Source: a bacterium (GTDB lineage Bacteria; UBA8248). Taken from it: a stretch of 64,000 nt of DNA. The stretch's first letter is position 1, and every line of letters begins with the position of its first letter. The position numbers and the translations under genes were made by a program. Positions 1-11,386 of this stretch are shown piece by piece. The DNA lies in the NCBI GenBank assembly GCA_965199855.1, contig OZ241326.1:1888001-1952000 (forward strand), given 5' to 3'. The notes beneath the pieces are model-generated. The model made no database searches and had not been told where the DNA came from. It saw only the letters and a list, made by a program, of their open reading frames with translations.

Positions 1-139
1 GATTTCGCACAGCGCTTCCGCCGCAGGCTTCCTTCCCGGCGCGGGAAGTGATACAAGACGCCCGGAAAACGCGCACGGCTCTGGGCGGGGGCTTTGCTCG
101 CTTCCACAGACGCCCCGCAATTCATGGGAGACGCATAAG

Positions 140-1318
140 ATGGGTTCCACGCACGGGCAGAATTACATTTTCACCTCCGAGTCCGTCTCGGAAGGACACC
201 CCGACAAGATCGCAGACCAGATCAGCGATTCGGTTCTGGACGCCATATTCCGCGAGGACCCGCACGGGCGCGTCGCCTGCGAGACGCTCATCACGACGGG
301 CATCGCGTTCGTGGCGGGCGAGATTACGACGACGGCGAACTATGACGCGAGAGAGATTGCGCGCGAGACGATACGGCAGGTCGGCTACGACGACGCGGCA
401 TACGGCTTCGACTGCGACACGTGCTCGGTCGTCACGGCGATCGACAGGCAGTCTCCCAACATCTCCCAGGGGGTGACGGAGGGGGAGGGGTTTTTCCGCG
501 AGCAGGGCGCGGGCGACCAGGGGATGATGTTCGGCTTCGCCTGCCGCGAATCGGACGAGTTGATGCCGCTGCCCATCATGCTGGCGCACAAGCTGGTTCG
601 CAGAACCTCGGAAATGAGAAGGGAGGGCGTCTTGCCCTACCTGAGGCCCGACAGCAAAAGCCAGGTGTCCGTTCGCTATGAAGCCGGAAAGCCCGTGGAG
701 ATCGACAACGTCGTCATCGCCGCCCAGCATTCCCCGGACGCGGACCTCGAGCGGATACGAGAGGACGTCATCCGCGAGGTGATACGCCCCGTCATCCCGG
801 ACGCCATGACGACGCAGGCGACCGAATTCTACGTGAATCCGACAGGGCTTTTCGTCATCGGCGGCCCGATGGGCGACACGGGACTGACGGGCCGGAAAAT
901 CATCGTGGATACCTATGGAGGATACAGCAGGCACGGGGGGGGCGCCTTTTCGGGAAAAGACCCCTCGAAGGTGGATCGCTCCGCCGCCTACATGGCGCGG
1001 TATATCGCCAAGAACATTGTCGCCGCCGGACTCGCGGACAAGGCGGAGGTCCAGCTCGCCTACGCCATCGGCGTGGCGGACCCCGTCTCCGTCCTGGTCG
1101 AGGATTTCGGGACGGGCCGCGCCGCGCCGGACGCCCTCGCGCGCGCCGTCCGGGAGGTGTTCGCCCTCAAGCCCAGGGAAATCATCGACCACCTCGAACT
1201 GCGCCGCCCCATATTCAGGAACACGGCGGCCTACGGGCATTTCGGCAGGGAGGAAGCCGAATTCACCTGGGAGAAGACGGACAGGACGGCTGATTTGAAA
1301 ACCGCCGTCGGCGCCTAG
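140..1318 (+). CDS. metK: S-adenosylmethionine synthetase
   Basis: [38 protein letters not shown] motifs; 392 aa. Confidence 0.98.
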   Translation: MGSTHGQNYIFTSESVSEGHPDKIADQISDSVLDAIFREDPHGRVACETLITTGIAFVAGEITTTANYDAREIARETIRQVGYDDAAYGFDCDTCSVVTAIDRQSPNISQGVTEGEGFFREQGAGDQGMMFGFACRESDELMPLPIMLAHKLVRRTSEMRREGVLPYLRPDSKSQVSVRYEAGKPVEIDNVVIAAQHSPDADLERIREDVIREVIRPVIPDAMTTQATEFYVNPTGLFVIGGPMGDTGLTGRKIIVDTYGGYSRHGGGAFSGKDPSKVDRSAAYMARYIAKNIVAAGLADKAEVQLAYAIGVADPVSVLVEDFGTGRAAPDALARAVREVFALKPREIIDHLELRRPIFRNTAAYGHFGREEAEFTWEKTDRTADLKTAVGA

Positions 1319-2626
<1,308 letters not shown>

Positions 2627-2669
2627 AACCGCCCGAAACGGACGCGCCGCCCGCCGTGGAGAAGTTTCG

Positions 2670-3989
2670 GTGGCAGAAAACCCGTTCACTCCCTCGCGCG
2701 GCGAGAAAAAGAAAAAACCGCCAGCCGCGAGTTTCTGGCTCATCCCCCTTGTTTTCCTCGTCTGCTGGGCGGGCGGCGAGCCCGCCGCGCTTGGCGCGCC
2801 GGGCGCAAGCGTTCTCGGGGTGCGGCAATTCTCCACCGCGGGCTACGCGCGGATAGTCCTGATACTGGATCGCGAGACGTTCGACTTCACGTCGGGCGTC
2901 TTGAAGAGGCCCACGCGCATTTTCGTGGACATTCCGCGCGGGCGCGTCGGACGGAGCGTCCGGCTCCCGAAATTTCCGACAGGGCGAAGCGTCGTTTCCC
3001 GGCTCCGGTTTGGCAGGCCGGAGAAGAACAATCTGCGCCTCGTGCTCGACATCCCCCCGAAGCATGATTTCAGACACCGCATTTTCACCCTCCCGAACCC
3101 TCAGCGCATCGTGATTGACGTGCGGGCGAAAAGCGGCCTCGCCTCGAAATCTCCGACAAGGAGAGGAGCTGCCGCACCCTCGAAAGCGGGAAAATCCGCC
3201 CGCGCGCGAAGGCCGCCTCCCCGCGAGAGACCTGCGGAAAAGCTGGATCGCCGCGAGATGACCCTGGCCCAAAGATTCCGCCGCGGCCTCGGAAGAATCG
3301 TCCTCGACCCGGGACACGGCGGCAAGGACCCGGGAGCGTCCGGCCTGTATGGGCTGAAAGAAAAGGACGTCGCCCTGGACATCGCGTTTCGGACGAGGCG
3401 AATCCTGCGGCGGGTCTTGCCCGGGAACCGGATTTATCTCACCAGAACCACCGACAGGTATGTTTCTCTCTCGCGCAGAACCTCGTTCGCCAACGAGCAT
3501 GACGCGGATCTGTTCGTGTCGATTCATGCGAACAGCGCGCATTCGCGCCGCGCTCACGGAGTGGAAACCTATCTTTTGAGCGAGGCGTCATCGAAGCGGG
3601 CGCTGGCGCTGGCGGCCAGAGAGAGCAAGACGACGGTGGCGCGCATGACCGCCTTGCAGAAGATACTGCATGATCTGGGGCTGAGGTCCAAAGTCACGGA
3701 GTCGCGGGCGCTGGCGCGGCGGGTTCAGGAAGCGATGCTCTCGCGTCTGAGGCCGGGCTATCGGGGCGTCCGGGATTTGGGCGTGAAGCGGGGGCCGTTC
3801 TACGTGCTCATCGGCGCCCGGATGCCGAGCATCCTGATCGAGGTCGCCTTCATCTCGAACCGACGGGAAGCGCGCCGGGTGAAGCGTCCGGCGTATCGCC
3901 AGGCGCTTGCGGAAGGGATTGCGAAAGGTATGATGCGGTTCGTGGGCGTCGGCTACCGAAAAGCCGAAGTCCGCGCCCCGGCTCGCTGA
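2670..3989 (+). CDS. N-acetylmuramoyl-L-alanine amidase (AMIN + Amidase_3, AmiC-like)
   Basis: AMIN-like RIVLILD/PTRIFVDI/PQRIVIDV; LDPGHGGKDPGA, FVSIHANS, PSILIEVAFISN. Confidence 0.92.
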   Translation: MAENPFTPSRGEKKKKPPAASFWLIPLVFLVCWAGGEPAALGAPGASVLGVRQFSTAGYARIVLILDRETFDFTSGVLKRPTRIFVDIPRGRVGRSVRLPKFPTGRSVVSRLRFGRPEKNNLRLVLDIPPKHDFRHRIFTLPNPQRIVIDVRAKSGLASKSPTRRGAAAPSKAGKSARARRPPPRERPAEKLDRREMTLAQRFRRGLGRIVLDPGHGGKDPGASGLYGLKEKDVALDIAFRTRRILRRVLPGNRIYLTRTTDRYVSLSRRTSFANEHDADLFVSIHANSAHSRRAHGVETYLLSEASSKRALALAARESKTTVARMTALQKILHDLGLRSKVTESRALARRVQEAMLSRLRPGYRGVRDLGVKRGPFYVLIGARMPSILIEVAFISNRREARRVKRPAYRQALAEGIAKGMMRFVGVGYRKAEVRAPAR

Positions 3990-4022
3990 AGCGCCTCTTC
4001 CTCGTCTCCGGAAGCATATCCC

Positions 4023-5390
4023 ATGGCTTCTCCCGTATTCGTCATCGTGGGCCGGCCGAACGTGGGCAAATCCACGTTCTTCAACCGCCTCATCGGAAGA
4101 AGGGCCGCCATCGTGCAGCCGGAGCCCGGTGTGACGCGCGACAGGCGCTACGGCGCGGGAGAATGGGCGGGCCGGAAATTTCTCGCCGTGGATACGGGCG
4201 GCATCGCGGCGGAGGAGGCAGACCCGTTCCTGCCGAAAATTCAGGAGCAGACGGCTGCCGCCATCGAGGAAAGCGACGTCGCGCTGTTTCTCGTTGACGG
4301 ATTGGAGGGTCTCCTGCCCGGAGATCATGAAATCGCGCAAATGCTTCGCGTCTCGCAAAAGCCGGCCCTGCTCCTCGTGAACAAATCGGACGCCAAACGC
4401 GCGAGAGAGGCGGGGGGGGATTTCTACCGCCTGGGTTTCGGCGAGGTTTGGCCCGTCTCGGCGGAGCATGGCGCGGGCGTGTCCGCCGTGATGGACGAAG
4501 CGATGCGCATCGCCTCGGATGAAGCCGGGGGCGAGGAGGAGGGGGATGCGGAGGAGCGGCGCGTCGCCGTCGTGGGACGTCCCAACGTGGGCAAATCCTC
4601 CTTCGTGAATCGAATTCTGGGAAGCGAGCGAACTTTGGTGAGCCCCGTGCCGGGGACGACGCGGGACCCGGTGGATTCCCTCTGTCAGCGGGAGGGAAAA
4701 TCCTATCGCCTCGTGGATACGGCCGGCATCAGAAGGCGAGGGAAAATCGGCCGGCGGCAGGCGGAGGCGATGAGCATGATCATGGCGTATCGCAGCATCG
4801 AGCGCGCCCAGGTGGTTTTGCTCCTCCTCGACGCGACCGAAGGCCCCAGGGCGATGGACGCGCAAATAGCCCGCCACATCAGGGAATCGGGCCGAGCCTG
4901 CGCGATTTTGCTGAACAAATGGGATCTCCTGGCGAAGGAGGGCAGGACGTTTGACGAGAAAGCGCGGGAGATCAGGGAAAAACTGGCGCACGTCCATTTC
5001 GCTCCGCTCCTCTCCGTATCCGCTCTGACCGGACAAAGGTGCGAGCGCGTTTTCAGGGTGGTGGACAAGGCGCATTCGTCTCATCTCAGGCGCGTCCCGA
5101 CGGGGCAGCTGAACCGGGCGATAGCCGAGATCGTCCAGGCGCACCCGCCGCCCGTCTCGCCGGAAGGCCGTCGTCCGAAGGTGTATTACGCCACGCAAAG
5201 CTCCGTTTCCCCTCCCTACTTCGTCCTCTTCACGAGCCTTGCCAGCCGCATTCCCGCCGAGCAATACGGGAGATACGTGGAGAACAGGCTGAGAGAGCGT
5301 TTTGATTTCGAGGGAACGCCGCTGCGCGTCGGCTTTCGCCAGCGAGGCCGGAGCAACCCTTCGGGAAAAAGAGGGAAATCAGGGCGATAA
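4023..5390 (+). CDS. der: ribosome biogenesis GTPase Der (EngA)
   Basis: two GRPNVGKS P-loops, DTGG/DTAG, NKSD/NKWD, C-terminal KH-like domain. Confidence 0.97.
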   Translation: MASPVFVIVGRPNVGKSTFFNRLIGRRAAIVQPEPGVTRDRRYGAGEWAGRKFLAVDTGGIAAEEADPFLPKIQEQTAAAIEESDVALFLVDGLEGLLPGDHEIAQMLRVSQKPALLLVNKSDAKRAREAGGDFYRLGFGEVWPVSAEHGAGVSAVMDEAMRIASDEAGGEEEGDAEERRVAVVGRPNVGKSSFVNRILGSERTLVSPVPGTTRDPVDSLCQREGKSYRLVDTAGIRRRGKIGRRQAEAMSMIMAYRSIERAQVVLLLLDATEGPRAMDAQIARHIRESGRACAILLNKWDLLAKEGRTFDEKAREIREKLAHVHFAPLLSVSALTGQRCERVFRVVDKAHSSHLRRVPTGQLNRAIAEIVQAHPPPVSPEGRRPKVYYATQSSVSPPYFVLFTSLASRIPAEQYGRYVENRLRERFDFEGTPLRVGFRQRGRSNPSGKRGKSGR

Positions 5391-5479
5391 CTTCAAGCAT
5401 TTTCGAGGGTTTCGAGCGAACAGTCGCGTTCATACCTCATGCCGCGCTTTAATAATATCTCTACAAGTGCTCATTTTTA

Positions 5480-5508
5480 TTGACAAAATATATTTTAGAC
5501 CCCATTAT
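5480..5508 (+). promoter_or_regulatory. putative sigma70 promoter of the EF-G paralog
   Basis: TTGACA (5480-5485), 17 bp, CATTAT (5503-5508) in AT-rich intergenic DNA. Confidence 0.5.
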
Positions 5509-5600
5509 GTCTGTATAACTGTCCTTCGCATTCATCAGGGAGTCGGCGGCGAGAGCCTTTCGGGAGGTTGCGTCGCCGGGAACCGATAACAGAGGAGTTG

Positions 5601-7694
5601 ATGCGCATGGCGGCGCACGAAACTGAAAATATCCGCAACGTCGCTTTTGTAGGCGAAGGAGGAAACGGCAAGACGTCTCTCGTGGAGGCCTGCCTCTTCA
5701 CCGCGGGAAGCACGGACAGGCAGGGGAAGGTCGATGCGGGCAACACCATACTCGACTCCGAGCCGGAGGAAGTGAAGAGAAACTCCTCTATTCTGGGAGC
5801 GGTGGCGTACGCCGACTGGAACAGGCATCGCATCAACCTCCTGGATACGCCCGGGTCTTCAAATTTCATATCAGACACCCTCGCCGCCATTCGCGCGTGC
5901 GACAACGCCGTCATCGTCCTGAACTCCCACTCGGAGCCGAAAGTGGTTACCGAAAAAGTCCTGGCCTGGGCGGAGGAAGAGGGGCTGTGCCCGTTCCTGT
6001 ATCTCAACGGGATGGATCATGAACAAGCCGATTTGAGCCGCGCGATGGAGTATGCGGGAAAAACAATCGACAAGCGGCTCGTGGTTCTGCAACTGCCCGT
6101 GAACCCCGGCGCCGGCTTCAGCGGCGTGGTCGATCTCGTTACGGGCAAAGCCTACGCCTATGAGCCGGAGGGGAGCGGCAAGGGCGCGGAGATCGAGATT
6201 CCGGCGGAGCTCGCCGAAGCCTTTGAGGAGCGCCGCGGACACCTCATCGAGTTCGCGGCGGAGGCGAGCGAGGAGGCGCTCGAAAAATACCTGGAGGGCG
6301 AGGAGCTCTCGCCGGAGGAGATCATCCAGGGACTGCGTCAGGGCATCCAGGAGCGCTCCTTCCTGCCGGTTTTCTGCGGATGCGGTATCAGGAACGTCGG
6401 CACGGACCTGCTGCTCGATGCGATTCAGCAATTCGGCGTCTCGCCCCCGGCGCATGAATTCAAGGCGAAGACCGAAGCCGGGGAGGAGGTGAGCGTCAAG
6501 GCGGATGCGGATGAGCCTTTCCGCGCCCTGGTGTTCAAGACGGTCGTGGACGCCTTCGCGGGCAAGCTCAATTATTTCCGCGTGGTCTCGGGCGAGATTT
6601 CCTCCGACGCCGGCGTTCTCAACACCACGCAGTCGGAAAAGGAAAGGATAGGCTCTCTCCTCTTCATTCAGGGGAAGGGGCAGTCTCCGGTCTCGGACAA
6701 ACTCGTGCCGGGAGATATCGCCGCGCTCGCCAAGCTGAAAATCACCCGAACGGGGGATACGCTCTGCGATGAGGCAGGCGCGGTCGTGTTCGACCCCATC
6801 AGGTTTCCCTCGCCCGTCATTTCCTACGCCGTGGCGCCGAAGAGCAAGGGGGATGAGGAGAAGCTCAGCACGGCGCTCGCGCGTCTGCGCGAGGAGGACC
6901 CCGCGCTCACCGTCAGCCGCGACGCCCAGACGAAAGAGATGCTTCTCTCCGGGCTCGGCGTTTTGCACATCGAGGTGATAGTCGAGCGCATCAAGCGCAA
7001 ATACGGCGTGGAAGTGGAGATGAGAACCCCGCGCGTGCCCTACAAGGAAACGATCAAGGGCAGGACCAAGGCGCAGGGCCGCTACAAGAAGCAAACGGGC
7101 GGGCGAGGGCAGTTCGGAGACGCCTGGATCGAGATCGAGCCCTTGCCGCGCGGGGGCGGGTTCGAGTTCGTGGACAAGATTGTGGGCGGAGCGATTCCCA
7201 AAACGTTCATTCCGGCCGTGGAGAAGGGAATCGTCGAGGCGATGGGAGCCGGCACCCTGGCGGGCTACCCGGTGACGGACCTGAGAATCACCCTTTACGA
7301 CGGCAGTTTCCACAATGTCGACAGCTCCGAGATGGCGTTCAAGATAGCCGGATCGCTCGGCTTCAAAAAGGGCGTGCAGGAATGCAGGCCGACCCTCCTG
7401 GAGCCCATCATGAACATGAGTATCGTCGTTCCGGAAGAGTATATGGGCGACATCATCGGGGATATGAATTCGCGCCGGGGCAGGGTGCTGGGCATGGACC
7501 CGGGCGCCGGCGGCAAGCAGGTCATCAAATCCCAGGTTCCCATGGCGGAAGTGCTGAACTATGCGCCCGCGCTGCGCTCTCTCACTGCGGATCGAGGCGA
7601 TTTTTCCATCGAGTTTTCGCATTACGAAGAAGTGCCGGCTCCGGTTTCCGAAAAAATCATCTCCGAAGCGGCGCTCGCCAATGAAAGCGAATAG
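5601..7694 (+). CDS. fusA: elongation factor G paralog (EF-G2-like)
   Basis: IRNVAFVG..G.GKT, LLDTPG, YKKQTGGRGQFG, GSFHNVDSSEMAF; ATG 5601 follows GAGGAG; not next to rpsG/tuf. Confidence 0.9.
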   Translation: MRMAAHETENIRNVAFVGEGGNGKTSLVEACLFTAGSTDRQGKVDAGNTILDSEPEEVKRNSSILGAVAYADWNRHRINLLDTPGSSNFISDTLAAIRACDNAVIVLNSHSEPKVVTEKVLAWAEEEGLCPFLYLNGMDHEQADLSRAMEYAGKTIDKRLVVLQLPVNPGAGFSGVVDLVTGKAYAYEPEGSGKGAEIEIPAELAEAFEERRGHLIEFAAEASEEALEKYLEGEELSPEEIIQGLRQGIQERSFLPVFCGCGIRNVGTDLLLDAIQQFGVSPPAHEFKAKTEAGEEVSVKADADEPFRALVFKTVVDAFAGKLNYFRVVSGEISSDAGVLNTTQSEKERIGSLLFIQGKGQSPVSDKLVPGDIAALAKLKITRTGDTLCDEAGAVVFDPIRFPSPVISYAVAPKSKGDEEKLSTALARLREEDPALTVSRDAQTKEMLLSGLGVLHIEVIVERIKRKYGVEVEMRTPRVPYKETIKGRTKAQGRYKKQTGGRGQFGDAWIEIEPLPRGGGFEFVDKIVGGAIPKTFIPAVEKGIVEAMGAGTLAGYPVTDLRITLYDGSFHNVDSSEMAFKIAGSLGFKKGVQECRPTLLEPIMNMSIVVPEEYMGDIIGDMNSRRGRVLGMDPGAGGKQVIKSQVPMAEVLNYAPALRSLTADRGDFSIEFSHYEEVPAPVSEKIISEAALANESE

Positions 7695-7720
7695 GCTTCA
7701 CGCGCGGAGGAATCCAGGCC

Positions 7721-8722
7721 ATGGCGAGAAAACGGGTGAACCTCCTCGAAGGCGAGGATGACGATCCCATGGACGGCGGCTACGACAGAAGGCATGAGCG
7801 GCGCGGCGGCGGCTTCGTCGACGCCCTGATGGTCATCCTGTTCGTGTTCGTCATGCTGGGGGGCGTGGGGTGGGCGGGATATCAATTCTGGTGGCTCCCG
7901 AAACTCGAGAAAGAAAAGAAAATCAGGCAGGCGCAGGCGAAGCAGCAGGAGCAGACGAGAACACGCCTGGCGAGGCTCAGAAGCGAGGCCGAGCTCAAGA
8001 AGCAGGCGCTCATGATTCTTGAGCAGGTGAGAAAGGAGCAGGCACAAAAAAGCCCGGGCGCCGCGCCGCCAAACGTGAAGCCGAAGGACGGCGCGACAGT
8101 CGCCGGCGAGAAAACGGAGGCGAGAAAAGGGACGCGAAGGCGTCCGGGCGCCGCCGGGAGCGGGATCGCCGAGAAACGGCGCGCGAGAAGCGGGGGTTCG
8201 GTGAGGACGGCCTCTCGCGGCGGGGCGTCCCGGAGAGGCTTCTCCTACAGCGTTCAGGTAGCTTCCTGCCGCAGCAATTCCTGCGCGAACGCATTTCTCA
8301 GACGCTTGAAGAGCAAGAGATTCCCGGCGTTCAAGACGACGAGGCGCGTCCGGGGGAGGAGCGGCGCCGGCCAGACGACGGAAGTGCGCCTCGGGTCGTT
8401 CCCGCTTCTCGCCGACGCGCAGGCGCTGGCCGACAAGGCGAGACGGGGGAAGATATCGGTCAGGGTCTATAAGCGCCGGAATCGCTGGCGGGTGGCGGCG
8501 GGAAATTTCAGGGATTTGGAGGAGGCCGCCATTCTGCTGGATCGCTTTGAGGACGCCGGCCTTCGCGGCGAACTGGCCCCGGCCCCCCGGCCCCGCGCCG
8601 GGGCGAAGCGGCTCTACGCCATACGAACGGGCAGATTCGGGAGCTTTCGAGAGGCGTCGGCGTTCAGGCGAAGAGTCCTCCGCGCCGGATTTTCCAATGC
8701 CGTCATCGTTCGCCAAAACTGA
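7721..8722 (+). CDS. membrane-anchored SPOR-domain protein
   Basis: single TM helix, coiled coil, repeated SPOR-like motifs (YSVQVAS, VRLGSF, VAAGNF, IRTGRF..REA). Confidence 0.7.
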   Translation: MARKRVNLLEGEDDDPMDGGYDRRHERRGGGFVDALMVILFVFVMLGGVGWAGYQFWWLPKLEKEKKIRQAQAKQQEQTRTRLARLRSEAELKKQALMILEQVRKEQAQKSPGAAPPNVKPKDGATVAGEKTEARKGTRRRPGAAGSGIAEKRRARSGGSVRTASRGGASRRGFSYSVQVASCRSNSCANAFLRRLKSKRFPAFKTTRRVRGRSGAGQTTEVRLGSFPLLADAQALADKARRGKISVRVYKRRNRWRVAAGNFRDLEEAAILLDRFEDAGLRGELAPAPRPRAGAKRLYAIRTGRFGSFREASAFRRRVLRAGFSNAVIVRQN

Positions 8723-8741
8723 AAGAACGGGAAGCCGAGTG

Positions 8742-9155
8742 ATGGCTCAAGCCGCCCAGGATCATCAGATACCCGACAAGCTGTTCTTCAAGATCGGGGA
8801 AGTGGCCGAATTGACGGGGACGAAGCCTCACGTGCTTCGCTACTGGGAGAGCGAGTTTCACATACTCCGTCCGGCGAAGGGCGATTCGGGACAGCGCACA
8901 TACCGCAGAAAAGACGTGGAAATCGTTTTTCTGATCAAGCAGCTGCTGTATGAAGAGAATTTCACCATCGCCGGCGCGAAGAAGCAGCTGCAAAAGCAAA
9001 GGGCGGCGAAATCCGCGGGAAAGACGAAAAAGACCGCCAGGCTCCAGGCCGTCCCTCCGCCGCCGCCCGAAAGCGAAGGCAAGGAAAGCATCGATCTCGC
9101 GTGGCTTCAGCGAGAGTTGAGGGAAATACTCGAAATTCTCACCAAAAGCCGCTGA
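8742..9155 (+). CDS. MerR-family HTH transcriptional regulator
   Basis: [28 protein letters not shown]...GQRTY...[14 protein letters not shown]. Confidence 0.9.
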   Translation: MAQAAQDHQIPDKLFFKIGEVAELTGTKPHVLRYWESEFHILRPAKGDSGQRTYRRKDVEIVFLIKQLLYEENFTIAGAKKQLQKQRAAKSAGKTKKTARLQAVPPPPPESEGKESIDLAWLQRELREILEILTKSR

Positions 9156-9367
9156 AATCAGCCTTTAATTGTCGGCTGGCGCGGCTAAAAATCCGCCCTG
9201 ATGCGCCTTTTTTCCATGCGGCTCGCCATATCCGCCTCACAAGTCGAGATATGCTTTTCTGAATGCCCCCAGGTGGGAGCGAGACTTGGGGAGAGTGATT
9301 GACGGGTGCGAAGCGTTGCGCTTATCGTGCCGCCTTGATGAACCGCAACAGGCGGCGATTTCCATGA

Positions 9368-10051
9368 ATGAAAGATGGTGAGATGGCCAGAACTTTTCGG
9401 AAGGAAATCCGGCGGCCGGACGCGCTGCAGACCTACGGAAGGCGGGCGCTTCTTTGGGTCGTGGAAAATCGAAGGGTTTTCTACGTCGGCCTAGCCTGCA
9501 TCATCCTGGCGGCGGCTCTTTTTACGGGATACCGCATGTGGGATGAGCGGGCGCGGGCGAAGGCGTCTCTGGCGTATGGTCTGGCGCGAACGGCGTCTCC
9601 GGACGGCAAGGGCGAAGCCGTGGAGGGGGCGCTTCAAAAGGTGGCCGCCGACTATCCGCGCTCAAGACCAGGGCTTCTGGCGCGCCTGCGTCTGGCGGCC
9701 TTGCTGCGCGAGAGGAAGGAATACCGGGGCGCGCGGGCGCAGTATGATCTCGTGGCGAGGAGCGGCGCATCGCTTGCGAGCGACAAGGAGCTGGCCAAGC
9801 GCGGGCTGGCCTCCGTCCTGATGCTGGAGGGCGCCTGCGCCGACGCCATCGCGCTCTGGAAATCGATTCTGGCGAAAGGGAGCCTCTTCGCGCCTGAGGA
9901 TCTCTATCTCTCCATCGCCGCTTGCCAGGAGACGCTCGGCAAGCCGGACGACGCGAGGAACACGTATGAGGAATTGAGCAGAAAGCATCCCGAAAGTCCA
10001 TTCCTGAGCGAGCGAATCCGCTCGAAGCTGGGCGCGAGCGCCTTGAAATGA
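9368..10051 (+). CDS. YfgM-like membrane-anchored TPR protein
   Basis: N-terminal TM, DYPRS..G.LARLRLA, TPR-like helices ending ..HPESPF. Confidence 0.7.
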   Translation: MKDGEMARTFRKEIRRPDALQTYGRRALLWVVENRRVFYVGLACIILAAALFTGYRMWDERARAKASLAYGLARTASPDGKGEAVEGALQKVAADYPRSRPGLLARLRLAALLRERKEYRGARAQYDLVARSGASLASDKELAKRGLASVLMLEGACADAIALWKSILAKGSLFAPEDLYLSIAACQETLGKPDDARNTYEELSRKHPESPFLSERIRSKLGASALK

Positions 10052-10164
10052 GGCGCGCCCTGAACAACGCCCGTTCTTTCGATAAGATATATTATGTAAA
10101 ATAATATATCCGCGCGTTTCACATCCACTTTCGGGCGCTTCCTCCCCGCTTGGCTAATCAGTTT

Positions 10165-11244
10165 TCACCCATGACGGGAGCTGTCCCGATCGAGAACCGG
10201 GTCGGCATGACCCTCGATGTCGATTTCAAACCCCGCGTCTCGGATCATTCGATGCGCCGCGCCCGACTCCTGACCGGGCGTGGTGAGGTAGCCGTCCACG
10301 AAAATGGAGTTGGCCGGAAACAGCGCGAGGGGCTGCAATTCCCTCAACTGGACTTCCCGTCCCCCGGCGACCCGAATTTCCGAGCGAGGATTGTAGAAGC
10401 GCATCAGGCACAGCAGCCTGAGGCAGGCGATCGGGCCGAGCAGAGGTTTGCCGCCGAATGGCGTGCCGCCGATGGGGTTGAGGAAGTTCACCGGTATGGA
10501 TTCGGGGCCAAGCGCGCTCAGCGCCTCGCAAACGTCTATCACGTCCTCGCCGCTCTCCCCCTGTCCGAAAATCACGCCGGAGCAGAGTTCGAGGCCGGCC
10601 CCTCGCGCCGCGCCCAGGGTATCCATGCGGTCGTCATAGGTGTGCGTGGCGCAGATTTCGGGATAATAGCGCGCGCTCGTATTGAGGTTGTGGTTGAAGC
10701 GGCTCACGCCCGCCTCGCGGAGCCTCTCGGCCTGAGAAGCCGCGAGCAGGCCGAGAGAACAGCATACGGAAAGGCGATGCCGCTCCCTGATTTTCGAGAC
10801 GGCGCGGCAGATCTTTTCGATTTCCTCGTCGGATGGCCCCCTCGCGCTGATGACGATGCAGTAGCGCCTCGCCCCGGCCGTCCGGGCCCGCGCCGCTCCC
10901 GCGAGAAGTTGCTCCTCGTCCACCAGGTCATGCCTGTCGATCCGGGCTTCGGATACGGCGGACTGGGAGCAATACCCGCAATCCTCCGGACAAATGCCGC
11001 TTTTGGCGTTGATAAGGTAGTGAATCTGCACTTTCTTGCCGAAATAGGCGCGCCGCACCTGAAAAGCGGCGTCAAGCAACTGAAGTATCTCCTCGTTCGG
11101 CGCGTGAATGACGCGGAGCGCCTCCTCGCGCCCCGGTCGCTCATCCTCAAGGGCGCGACGCGCCAGTTCCCGGTAATCCAAAAAGCCTCTCCTTTCCGCA
11201 AGCGTCCGGCCTCGAAACTTAACGCGCCTCCCCTCCTTTGGCAA
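10165..11244 (-). CDS. bioB: biotin synthase
   Basis: radical SAM CPEDCGYCSQS, FNHNLNT, CSGVIFG.GE, SIPVNFL, IRVAGGRE, ANSIF. Confidence 0.95.
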   Translation of the reverse strand: MPKEGRRVKFRGRTLAERRGFLDYRELARRALEDERPGREEALRVIHAPNEEILQLLDAAFQVRRAYFGKKVQIHYLINAKSGICPEDCGYCSQSAVSEARIDRHDLVDEEQLLAGAARARTAGARRYCIVISARGPSDEEIEKICRAVSKIRERHRLSVCCSLGLLAASQAERLREAGVSRFNHNLNTSARYYPEICATHTYDDRMDTLGAARGAGLELCSGVIFGQGESGEDVIDVCEALSALGPESIPVNFLNPIGGTPFGGKPLLGPIACLRLLCLMRFYNPRSEIRVAGGREVQLRELQPLALFPANSIFVDGYLTTPGQESGAAHRMIRDAGFEIDIEGHADPVLDRDSSRHG

Positions 11245-11386
11245 ACGGAACGGCGCGCGCCGATGAAAGGAGGCGAGGCTTCCCTTGTTTCACGCACCCG
11301 CCTGGCTTATGATGAATCTGCTTTTTCATAACTTGAAGTTGTTTATGAACATGCGAGATTATTTATATTGTATTTCAGTAGGATAA

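Noticed and set aside
1-139. SAM/SAH riboswitch upstream of metK-ahcY
   Set aside because: No recognisable consensus, and the leader may be cut by the window edge
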